A DNA stretch of 64,000 nucleotides. Origin: a virus. Numbering within the stretch: position 1 is the stretch's first letter; each line of letters opens with the position of its first letter. Position numbers and translations under genes: made by a program. The notes below the pieces were generated by a model. The model saw only the letters and a program-made list of their open reading frames with translations, searched no databases and was not told the DNA's origin. Location: IMG/VR virus record IMGVR_UViG_3300031111_000010, positions 17,177 to 81,176 of that record; one strand, written 5' to 3'. Below, piece after piece: positions 17,665 through 26,234 of this stretch.

Positions 17665-18582
17665 ATGACGTTTTTTCAAGCAATCGAAACTAAAGATGTA
17701 AACGTGGCTATGGAAGCAGGTAACCATAACTTTGAAGCTATCAAAGAAGATTTGTTTACTGCTGATGGTCTTCGTATTCCCGATCATGTTGCTGTTCTCA
17801 ATCAAAACACTGGTGATTATTTGGGTACAGTTGGCAGGGGTTACGAACCAGTTCAACCGGAAACATTCTATGAGTTAGCTGATGAGTTCATCGAATCAAC
17901 TGATGCAATGATTGATGGTGTTCTCAATTTCAGGAATGGATCAACTATGGGTCTGTCCTTTCATATCGCAGATCGTGAGTATATCGCTGGTGATCCGATT
18001 TCACTCCGGTTCATGATGGTCAATGGTTTTGATGGTTGGCAGGGTCTGAATGGTTTTGCTCCTACCAATCGGATAGCTTGTCTGAATGTATGTAATTCAT
18101 CCAATCGTGTCTATAACCTGAAGCATACCAAAAATGTTCTCAATCGTGTTCAGGTTGTCAAGAACATGCTCAAGTATTATCAGAATGAGATTGCATCATT
18201 TGATGATAAGATGAATTATCTTGTTGGACATCGTATGAATGAAGCAGAGGCTGTCAAGTGGTTTCGTTCTCTGTTTCCGAAACCTACTTCCCGTAGGTCT
18301 GAAACCATACTGGATAACAAGGTTGCGGTTTTTGTTGATTGTCTATTGCATGGTAGGGGTTCTGAAATTGCTGGTGTTCGTGGAACGTCTTACGGTGCTT
18401 TTCAGGCACTTACTGAGTATATCAACCACCACCGTTCAGTTCGGGTAACAGAAGGTAGAGAAGAAGATGAAGTCCGTTTTGAAGCTATCCATTTTGGTAC
18501 TGGTAACTCTCTTACTCAGCGTGGATTGACTTCTCTTACCACTGGTTTCGGTTTTACTGCTGACGAATTTCGTATCGATTAA
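17665..18582 (+). CDS. DUF932-family protein
   Basis: YLGTVGRGYEPVQP, NGFDG, RIACLN, KHT, GTSYGAFQALTEYINH; AAGGAG RBS. Confidence 0.85.
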   Translation: MTFFQAIETKDVNVAMEAGNHNFEAIKEDLFTADGLRIPDHVAVLNQNTGDYLGTVGRGYEPVQPETFYELADEFIESTDAMIDGVLNFRNGSTMGLSFHIADREYIAGDPISLRFMMVNGFDGWQGLNGFAPTNRIACLNVCNSSNRVYNLKHTKNVLNRVQVVKNMLKYYQNEIASFDDKMNYLVGHRMNEAEAVKWFRSLFPKPTSRRSETILDNKVAVFVDCLLHGRGSEIAGVRGTSYGAFQALTEYINHHRSVRVTEGREEDEVRFEAIHFGTGNSLTQRGLTSLTTGFGFTADEFRID

Positions 18583-18586
18583 AAAT

Positions 18587-18626
18587 ACTGTCAAGGGGAA
18601 TTTTTTCTAAAGTTTCCCTTGACAGT
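18587..18626. repeat. inverted repeat carrying TTGACA in both directions
   Basis: ACTGTCAAGGGGAA...TTCCCTTGACAGT. Confidence 0.7.
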
Positions 18627-18686
18627 GGCGATAAGATATAGTAAGAACATAATCATTAATTGAAACTTTAATTGAAAGGATATAAG

Positions 18687-18836
18687 ATGAATTCATTTCT
18701 TGAAGGACCGCATTCTGATGAATTGGAGAATCTTAAAGAAGATGTTGATTTTGAGATTTTTGATCTTGAAGAATTCGATACTTGCATGAAAGAAGGAGTT
18801 GAGGATCGTGGTATGGAGGATGATGTACCATTTTAA
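18687..18836 (+). CDS. acidic 49-aa peptide with SSB-like C-terminal tail
   Basis: AAAGGA RBS; MNSFLEGPHSDELENLKEDVDFEIFDLEEFDTCMKEGVEDRGMEDDVPF; followed by terminator; not in ORF track. Confidence 0.8.
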   Translation: MNSFLEGPHSDELENLKEDVDFEIFDLEEFDTCMKEGVEDRGMEDDVPF

Positions 18837-18852
18837 ATGGGTGTGCTCTGTT

Positions 18853-18888
18853 AAGAAGGGATGGTAGTTTTCTACCATCCCTTCTTTT
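18853..18888. terminator. terminator between convergent early and late units
   Basis: AAGAAGGGATGGTAG-TTTT-CTACCATCCCTTCTT followed by T's. Confidence 0.85.
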
Positions 18889-19936
18889 ATTGGGTATATT
18901 GAGTAACCGTATCAGCAACTTTATTGGATACTTTACTGCTTATTCTTTTCACTGTCGGTATAACTTCACGAACTTCTTTTTCCCTTGCATTATCTCTTGC
19001 TTTGGCATTTGCAACACTATTAGTATCGACGTTGATAATAGTACCATACTGAATGGTTCCTGCATATAATGGACTTAAATCTTGGAATGTCAATTGTAAA
19101 TTACAGCTACTTGGATATCCTTTTATATAAGGAGAATTCCATGTTGGTTGAACAGCTATAAGAGCACATGTTCGATAGTCTATAAATGGCACTGGAAATG
19201 TTGATACTTCAAACATATAAGGAAAATCAATAGTAACACCACCTTCATTAATTAAATCAGGAGATGAGTATTTCATTAATGCTTGGATAGGTTCAATCAA
19301 TTGTTTTTCTGGATGATTATCATTATTTCTCATTTCATTAAACAATACAAATTCAAGAATCAATTGTCTTCTATCTGAATTAGCATAATACATTGGTGTA
19401 TCTATTTTCCATTTTTGTATACTATGTCCCGGCATAGCTGCAAGTGCCTTCTGTGCCAAACCTTCTACTGTAATAGACTCTTTTGCTCTTTTAGGAGAAG
19501 ATGTTGATTTATCTTTAGCACTATCTGAAAGATATTGTTGTTCAACTTCTTTTAGTTTAGCACCAATATAATTTCCTATTGCATTTGATCCTGATTTTAA
19601 TTCATTGGTTAATTTGACAAGTGATCTTGCTTTCTGAGCTAATCTTGATGCTACTGATTCATATGCTTCCCAATGATGAACAACATTCTCATTTAAAGAT
19701 AATGGTGCGAGAAATTCAAATGTAACATTAGTATCAGCCGTTGAGATTGGAGCATCAGCACCTTTACTATATTGATCAAGTATTTTCTTAGGTCGCATTC
19801 TAATCCATACAGAACCACTTCTGCTTTCTTCTCCTTTTGACCATGGAGAAATACCAAAAGGTCTTCTATATAGTTTTACGTCCTGTGATTCTTTATCTCT
19901 TGTTGATCTTGGTCCTTTTCTATGTGTTGTTGCCAT
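18887..19936 (-). CDS. baseplate tail-tube cap, T4 gp48-like
   Basis: RQLILEFVLF ... GYPSSCNLQLTFQDLSPL tube-fold pattern; position after tape-measure-like gene. Confidence 0.6.
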   Translation of the reverse strand: MATTHRKGPRSTRDKESQDVKLYRRPFGISPWSKGEESRSGSVWIRMRPKKILDQYSKGADAPISTADTNVTFEFLAPLSLNENVVHHWEAYESVASRLAQKARSLVKLTNELKSGSNAIGNYIGAKLKEVEQQYLSDSAKDKSTSSPKRAKESITVEGLAQKALAAMPGHSIQKWKIDTPMYYANSDRRQLILEFVLFNEMRNNDNHPEKQLIEPIQALMKYSSPDLINEGGVTIDFPYMFEVSTFPVPFIDYRTCALIAVQPTWNSPYIKGYPSSCNLQLTFQDLSPLYAGTIQYGTIINVDTNSVANAKARDNAREKEVREVIPTVKRISSKVSNKVADTVTQYTQ

Positions 19937-21528
19937 TAGAATCCTTGTGAGTTAAGTGTATTTATTGCTAAACCAAAATTATCTATTTCATCAGGAACTT
20001 GTTTAACATCTCCTTGTCCACCATTACTTCTTAGTCCTGAGAACCAGTTACCAACTCCCCTTCTTAATTGTGCTGCATATGTTCCTTCTTGTATTCTTTT
20101 CATTGCTTCTTGGTTTTCTTTATGCCATTGTTCTTCTCTTTTTGCTTCTTCTTCTTTCTCTTTTACTCTTGATTCAACACCAGCTACATCAACCCCTCTT
20201 GCTATCTCTGCTGCTTTTAATGATCTTGCATTTTCTAATGTTGATTTTTTTGTTGGATGATTTGTAAGCATCATATCCATTTTCATACCACGAATATTAT
20301 TAGCCAATTCTTTACCTACCATTGGAATAGAACTAGCAGCATTAGCAGCATTTTCAATCATACCATTTATTAGACCCGTAAAAAAATTACTCAATTTTAT
20401 TCCAAAATTTACGATATCATTTATAAACTGACCAGTAAGAAAGTAATCCCATCCTGCTTTCATTGCTTTCATCCACTCATCCAGTTTGGCTTGTACATCC
20501 ATTTCCTCACCAAACATTTTCATAGCAAGATTCATTGTATTTAAGAATAATGAAAGTGGAAGTTCAATCCAATCATCTAAAGCTGCCCAAAGACCTTCTC
20601 TTACCTTATCCCATTTAGTACCTACTGTTTTCTCATATGCTTCCATAAAATCCAATACATCTAATAAAATAGCTATTGGAAGAAGTAATCTTTTTATTCC
20701 TAATTTTAACAATCCCATTGATTTTTTTAAATAAGGAATATCATCTATCCACTTTAGCCACTTTGATTTTCTCAACATTGCTAATCCTTCACCAAGTTTC
20801 TTAAATTTAGGACTCATAGAAATCAATCCACCAAGACCCATTAAAGTAGCAAGTCTATCACCCAAGTATCCCGCCAATCCTTTTATTATACCTGCTAATA
20901 TCAGACCCAATAAAGTAGCCATACCTATATCTTTAGCTGTAACTTTCTTATTGAGAAAATCCATCTTGAATCGTTTCATTTGTAAAGCAAGCATTTTTCT
21001 TAAAAGTTTTACTTGAGTACCCGCCCATTTAGGTGTTTTTTGAAACAGGAATTCCCATGCTCCTTTGGTTGCTGATACAATAGAATCTTTCATAGAACCT
21101 AACAAAGCAAACCATTCTGATTCCTCACCGAATAAACTGAGAAAATGAGATTTTAATTCTTGGAAGAATCGAGTAAAGTGTTGAGCGACATTCATTACCA
21201 TGTTCTTTGTTTTACCAAGAACACCAAAACTCATTTTGTTTGCCAATCTAAATGTTGCTTCGGTCATGTCTAATACTTTACCCCATGCACCTTCACGTTT
21301 CTTTATAAATCTACCATTTTCATCTCTGGCTCTTTCTGTAAATGCTCTTTGTCTTTTCTGTTGTTCTTCTTGTTCATCAGTAATTTTCAACCATTTGTCA
21401 AGCATCTCACGTTCTTTCTCGCTCATTGCTTTGACTTGTGCTGAACTACCAACATACATTTTTAAAATGTTTACTGCTTCAGAAACAGTCTTATTAAGAG
21501 ATTTTAATTCTTGATCTGTAGTTGCCAT
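19936..21528 (-). CDS. tape measure / baseplate hub protein (gp29-like)
   Basis: helical with hydrophobic stretches; follows tube and chaperone genes. Confidence 0.55.
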   Translation of the reverse strand: MATTDQELKSLNKTVSEAVNILKMYVGSSAQVKAMSEKEREMLDKWLKITDEQEEQQKRQRAFTERARDENGRFIKKREGAWGKVLDMTEATFRLANKMSFGVLGKTKNMVMNVAQHFTRFFQELKSHFLSLFGEESEWFALLGSMKDSIVSATKGAWEFLFQKTPKWAGTQVKLLRKMLALQMKRFKMDFLNKKVTAKDIGMATLLGLILAGIIKGLAGYLGDRLATLMGLGGLISMSPKFKKLGEGLAMLRKSKWLKWIDDIPYLKKSMGLLKLGIKRLLLPIAILLDVLDFMEAYEKTVGTKWDKVREGLWAALDDWIELPLSLFLNTMNLAMKMFGEEMDVQAKLDEWMKAMKAGWDYFLTGQFINDIVNFGIKLSNFFTGLINGMIENAANAASSIPMVGKELANNIRGMKMDMMLTNHPTKKSTLENARSLKAAEIARGVDVAGVESRVKEKEEEAKREEQWHKENQEAMKRIQEGTYAAQLRRGVGNWFSGLRSNGGQGDVKQVPDEIDNFGLAINTLNSQGF

Positions 21529-21530
21529 TA

Positions 21531-21707
21531 TTATTTATCCATTGCTTTTTTCTCTGCTTCTAAATCCTTGATTAATATATTCACATAAATATCTTTTTCA
21601 AATTCTGCCATTCTGTTTGTTTCAGATACTGGCATATTACATTTTTTAGCAAGAATATATTGTTGTTCAATTATATCCTGAAAATTACCCCACAAATTAA
21701 TTAACCA
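21531..21707 (-). CDS. gp51-like ORF, probably reached by -1 frameshift from gp26
   Basis: WLINLWGNFQDIIEQQYILAKKCNMPVSETNRMAEFEKDIYVNILIKDLE...; no ATG plus SD at the 5' end; T TTT TTT slip site at 21707-21713. Confidence 0.65.
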   Translation of the reverse strand, partial: WLINLWGNFQDIIEQQYILAKKCNMPVSETNRMAEFEKDIYVNILIKDLEAEKKAMDK

Positions 21708-22453
21708 AAAAAATTTTGCTGAATTGGTATATCACTTACTTCTTCATATTGACAATGTTGGCATTTTACCTTCTGTTCTAATTTCCATCCAAAAGTCATA
21801 TTATCTACTTCTTTTCTTATAGCTTCCATTCCTGCCAGTGGAATGTTCTCTATGAAATACATTCTATCTTTGATATCAATATCACTATCCAATCCAGATG
21901 GTGTTTCGATTTTATCTATTGCACATGCATGAAACATAACCTGAAAGATATATGCTTTCTGAGTATCACTGAGACTTTTTGGGAAGTATTTTGGTTTCAT
22001 ATCTTCTTTCTGGTGTTTTCTTTTTATATGTCTCAGATGCACTTTTATCTGACCAAGTTCTACAATATGATTTTCTTCACTATCTAAATTTGTTAATTCC
22101 AATTCATCCAGATTTACTCTGTTCAATGATTGAGATTTACATTTAGGACAATCAAATTTAAACTCAAGTACTTCTCCTTTTGTCTTCTTACGAATTTCCA
22201 TCAATAAGAACATTTTATCATATAGATAAAGATCATCCATATTGAACCCTTCAGATGAAACACTTGATGATATCAAATCATCAAGTGCCTGTTCTTGTAC
22301 TACATAATTTGTTTCATTCTCATAAGTGAGAAGTCTTTTAATTTGACCCGTTGTTAATGGTTTGAATTTAACTACTTTTTTACTTCCCGGTAATTGACAT
22401 TCAAACTCATATACATTTACATAATCTAAAAAATTCGGTTTGTTATCTGACAT
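21701..22453 (-). CDS. baseplate hub assembly protein, T4 gp26-like
   Basis: LPGSKKVVKFKPL, LLMEIRKKTKGE, CPKC, CQHC, terminal NFF. Confidence 0.8.
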   Translation of the reverse strand: MSDNKPNFLDYVNVYEFECQLPGSKKVVKFKPLTTGQIKRLLTYENETNYVVQEQALDDLISSSVSSEGFNMDDLYLYDKMFLLMEIRKKTKGEVLEFKFDCPKCKSQSLNRVNLDELELTNLDSEENHIVELGQIKVHLRHIKRKHQKEDMKPKYFPKSLSDTQKAYIFQVMFHACAIDKIETPSGLDSDIDIKDRMYFIENIPLAGMEAIRKEVDNMTFGWKLEQKVKCQHCQYEEVSDIPIQQNFFG

Positions 22454-22484
22454 ATTTTCTCCTTTTCTACAGTTTATTTATATA

Positions 22485-23027
22485 TTAACCACCAGTTTCA
22501 GTGAAACTTGTTTCATGGTAGCTGTAAGTAAATGTTACATCAAACTGAGCGATTTCAGTGGTAGAGTAGTCCATTTGAATTTGTGCTACTTCTTTAGGCC
22601 ATGCATCGTGAATTGTGAACTCAAGAATGACTTGACCTTCATAACCAATCATCTGTAATCTCTGGTCTGCCATAAACACATCATGAGTACTATAGAAGTT
22701 AGTCACTGGATCATGGCATAGATTTGACCATTCCTCAAATGTTTGTCTAATCTTAGCGTCTTTATCCACATTGAAAGTAATAACAACATCTGTATAGGTA
22801 TGTTTACCCGGAAACTTCCAATCGAATCCTTGCCAGTTTAGAACCACTTCTTCAAGAGCAGTTGATGGCATCTGAGCAGTCTTTACTAAATAAATAGCAT
22901 CCTCTTGACTAACACTCGCACCAAGACCTCCCGGCCATTGTGGTTGGTAGTAGAACAGGCTTGACTTTGCTCCATCTCCGAATCTTGCTTTAAATGCTTC
23001 TATATTAAATGATCTTACATCAGGCAT
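22485..23027 (-). CDS. tail tube protein (gp19-like)
   Basis: WQGFDWKFPG..TY, IRQTFEEW, DAWP, FDVTFTYSY. Confidence 0.9.
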   Translation of the reverse strand: MPDVRSFNIEAFKARFGDGAKSSLFYYQPQWPGGLGASVSQEDAIYLVKTAQMPSTALEEVVLNWQGFDWKFPGKHTYTDVVITFNVDKDAKIRQTFEEWSNLCHDPVTNFYSTHDVFMADQRLQMIGYEGQVILEFTIHDAWPKEVAQIQMDYSTTEIAQFDVTFTYSYHETSFTETGG

Positions 23028-23039
23028 TTTCTTATCTCC

Positions 23040-23360
23040 TTATTTCTTCATTTTTAATTTTTTTAAGGCTTTTTCTAAATCAGGTATTACTTTGGTTTTG
23101 AAAGTTTTTAGACTTTGCAATGCACCATCATAATTTTCATAACCAATCATTCTTTGAATATCTTTAGGCCAACCAACTAATACTTGAACAAGTCCAAATG
23201 CCTCTTTATCTTTTATACCTTTACCAGCAGTATAATCTTCTTCCATAGGCATATCTTTTTTGCCTTTTCTTTTTTTCTTTTTCATTCCAGTACCATCTTT
23301 GCTTCCAGCACCAGAACCATCACACTTCTCATCCATATATTGTAAAAATCTACTCATCAT
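23040..23360 (-). CDS. putative head-internal protein
   Basis: N-terminus MSRFLQYMDE resembles a capsid-targeting sequence. Confidence 0.55.
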   Translation of the reverse strand: MMSRFLQYMDEKCDGSGAGSKDGTGMKKKKRKGKKDMPMEEDYTAGKGIKDKEAFGLVQVLVGWPKDIQRMIGYENYDGALQSLKTFKTKVIPDLEKALKKLKMKK

Positions 23361-23375
23361 TTTCTCCTGTTATAA

Positions 23376-23393
23376 GGGGGGTAAACCCCCCCC
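23376..23393 (-). terminator. GC stem-loop after sheath gene
   Basis: G6-TAAA-C8. Confidence 0.55.
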
Positions 23394-23399
23394 ATTATT

Positions 23400-25238
23400 T
23401 TATGGTGTTGATGCTGCAACCAGTTCGGTAAAACTTGCTCCTGTCTTAGTAGCAATCAAGTTCAGCACGATAAATTCTGCTGCTCTTGTAGGTTTGATAT
23501 AAATATCACACCAAAGTTCATTTCGATCAATTCTCTCTGCTGAGTTGTTTCTCTCATCACAGACAATTAGGTAATCGAAAATTCCCCTTCTTGCTACGAT
23601 ATCTCTCAAGAAAGGATCGATCATATTAATGATAGCCAATCTTGTGAAGGTATCATTTGGTTCAAACAGGAAGTACTTCAATGCGGTACTTACCGCTTTA
23701 CCGATTATGATAAATAGTCTTCTCACATTAACTCTATTAAATGCTGAAGATTTATCAAGCATGTTTTTCTGACCCCATACAACCTTTCCTTGACCCGGAA
23801 AGCTCACGATAGGATTCAGACCATTCTTATAAAGAATATCTCTTTCACCCTTTACAGGATTCCAACCAAGTTTCCTTACATTATTTATTTGACCTCTATT
23901 CAAACCTGCTGGTGCAAACCATGCTTCTGCTACATCGTCAGTATTTGCGTAAATACCAGCAACATGTCCTGAAGCTGGTATCCATCTATGTTTAGCATTC
24001 CACTTATCATAGACTTCTAACCAGTTTGCATAAGTAGCAACATAACTTGTGTTGATATTCAAATTATATGTATCATGATTTCCAAATCTATAATCTCTAC
24101 AATCAGTAGCTTCACTACCTTTATTATTTACTACTAATGATTTAGGTACATCCAAAACACCAACTGCATCTGCTCTTGCAATACAGGTAGTATTAATATA
24201 TTCCTTAACAGTAGTAGATTTACCAGAATCTATAAAGATATTAACATCAATTGATTCTGGATCAGCGTATAAATCAATTGCCTCCATAATATCAGCATCT
24301 TGTACAACATCACCGTTACCTCTTGCTCCACCACCAAGTGATTGATAATCTGCCATTCCCAATGTAGAGAAGTCTTTATTCTTAAATAATGCTGTAGTTG
24401 CTACTCTAATATAACTTGAGTTATTATTAATCCAATTCTCAACGTAGATATTAGCACCAGTATCATCAACTTCATCAGGATCAGAACTTACAAGATGAAC
24501 TTCTACTATTTCATAGGGAACCGGATTCTTATTAATATTTTCTTGTTTTGCTCTCTTTACTAGAACAAGAAATTGTTTATCATTATCAAAAGAAGCATCT
24601 ACTTCTTGATCTAAATCATCATATAATGTTGCTGATAATCCAAGACTTGCTGCTGCTGTTCCTTGTCTTACACCATTATAAGCATTTCTACCTACAATTG
24701 CTATTTTAACATAGTTACCCCATTCCCCTCTACTTGAAGCAATAAATGCCATATCCTGACCATTCTCTGGTCTACCTGTATCGAATGTGGTATCCTCATC
24801 ACCAAAGTAATCAGGGTCTTTTGAATCAAAATCACTTAACTGATATCCGTTTGCTGTTGTATATGCTGTAAACACATCCCCTCCTGCTGAAACTGCTGTT
24901 GCCATTGTTCCATAACTACCCGCAAAGGTAGCTGATGGAGCTAATACTCTTGTACAGTACAAATTTTGACCGAATTGAAGAAATCCTGCTGCTGCCATGA
25001 TATCTTCATATGATTGACCTCTCTTTGAGAAACCACCTGCTGCTACTGATAATGCTTCCTCTGGTCTACCAAAGATATCAACTAATTCATCAATATCGTT
25101 TACCAATTGTGTCTTTAACTCTGGACCTTTCCATGTATCTCTAAGGGTGATAACACCGATAGATGTTGCTACTGCTGGAATGGTAGTAGTTAAATCAATT
25201 TCGTTTACGTCCACCAAAGGACTTAGATACATTGCCAT
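23400..25238 (-). CDS. tail sheath protein (gp18-like)
   Basis: YLSPLVDVNEIDL, WFAPAGLNRG, AFNRVNVRRLF, LFEPND, IYIKPTRAAEFI. Confidence 0.97.
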   Translation of the reverse strand: MAMYLSPLVDVNEIDLTTTIPAVATSIGVITLRDTWKGPELKTQLVNDIDELVDIFGRPEEALSVAAGGFSKRGQSYEDIMAAAGFLQFGQNLYCTRVLAPSATFAGSYGTMATAVSAGGDVFTAYTTANGYQLSDFDSKDPDYFGDEDTTFDTGRPENGQDMAFIASSRGEWGNYVKIAIVGRNAYNGVRQGTAAASLGLSATLYDDLDQEVDASFDNDKQFLVLVKRAKQENINKNPVPYEIVEVHLVSSDPDEVDDTGANIYVENWINNNSSYIRVATTALFKNKDFSTLGMADYQSLGGGARGNGDVVQDADIMEAIDLYADPESIDVNIFIDSGKSTTVKEYINTTCIARADAVGVLDVPKSLVVNNKGSEATDCRDYRFGNHDTYNLNINTSYVATYANWLEVYDKWNAKHRWIPASGHVAGIYANTDDVAEAWFAPAGLNRGQINNVRKLGWNPVKGERDILYKNGLNPIVSFPGQGKVVWGQKNMLDKSSAFNRVNVRRLFIIIGKAVSTALKYFLFEPNDTFTRLAIINMIDPFLRDIVARRGIFDYLIVCDERNNSAERIDRNELWCDIYIKPTRAAEFIVLNLIATKTGASFTELVAASTP

Positions 25239-25288
25239 ATTTTCCTCCATTTTCAGATATTAATCTGAGCTTTTCTATCCTTCATATA

Positions 25289-25296
25289 TATTTATA
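25289..25296 (-). promoter_or_regulatory. T4-type late promoter TATAAATA (representative copy)
   Basis: same octamer precedes late genes at 22475, 26232, 28697, 37869, 42213, 43817, 53826, 60384, 62373. Confidence 0.7.
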
Positions 25297-25322
25297 TTTT
25301 TTAAACTTTTTTTTCAGTTATG

Positions 25323-26201
25323 TTATGCTGGTAGTACTGACGATTCACTTGAACTTGAGCTTAATGAACTTGAACTTAAAGAACCACAAACCAAGAACTC
25401 AATATTTGTTACACTAAATGATGTACTATCAGCATAATTAGTAAATGTTAATAGAGTTAAGTCATTTGAAGTCCATTCAATATCAAATGTTCCCATACCA
25501 GAAGGAGTAACAGTACCATATTCACCAGCAGAAACATTAGTTGATAAAAGTTCATTAGTTGGAAAATCAAAAGAACGTAATTCCATTGTTAGTGGAATAT
25601 CCGGTGTCCATGTAACTCTTATTTTACTAGGTCTAAATCCAGATGCCCATGGCGATGGCTCAGTCAATGGAGCTAAACCAACACCCGGATAAGCGAAAGT
25701 AACACTATCCCATTGTTCTAATTCAGAATTCCATGTTGCTCCCCCTTCAAGATCCTCCCATATTGTATTATCAAAATAGGTTTGCCAAGTAGGAGGACCA
25801 AATGGACAAGATGAACTACTGCTATTACTAGTCGAACTACTGCTATTGCTTCCCCCTAATTCTTCTACTGTTCCATAACAACCTGCAAAGGTAGCACTTG
25901 GTGCGAGTACTCTTGTACAATATAAATTCTGTCCAAATTGTAAGAAACCAGCAGCAGATAGTAAATCTTCATATGATTGACCTCTCTTTGAAAATCCGTT
26001 TGCTGATACTGATAATGCTTCCTCTGGTCTACCAAAAGTATCTATCAATTCATCAATGGAATTTACTAATTGAACTTTTAATTCCGGTCCTTTCCATGTA
26101 TCCCTTAATATAATAACTCCTATTGACGTAGCAACAGCAGGTATTGTTGTGCTTAAATCAATTTCATTTACATCTACAAGGGGTGATAAATACATTGTCA
26201 T
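25323..26201 (-). CDS. sheath N-terminal domain fused via Ser linker to an unknown beta domain
   Basis: first ~110 aa nearly identical to gp18 N-terminus; then poly-Ser and unrelated domain. Confidence 0.85.
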   Translation of the reverse strand: MTMYLSPLVDVNEIDLSTTIPAVATSIGVIILRDTWKGPELKVQLVNSIDELIDTFGRPEEALSVSANGFSKRGQSYEDLLSAAGFLQFGQNLYCTRVLAPSATFAGCYGTVEELGGSNSSSSTSNSSSSSCPFGPPTWQTYFDNTIWEDLEGGATWNSELEQWDSVTFAYPGVGLAPLTEPSPWASGFRPSKIRVTWTPDIPLTMELRSFDFPTNELLSTNVSAGEYGTVTPSGMGTFDIEWTSNDLTLLTFTNYADSTSFSVTNIEFLVCGSLSSSSLSSSSSESSVLPA

Positions 26202-26234
26202 ATTATTCTCCTAAAAATATTCTTCTATTCTTAT

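Noticed and set aside
16948-17856. 302-aa minus-strand ORF
   Set aside because: Antisense shadow of three plus-strand genes with clear expression signals
18547-18582. DUF932 C-terminus GFTADEFRID as a member of the tag family
   Set aside because: Only a partial match (lacks F-[IL]); not counted, although it may be a degenerate copy
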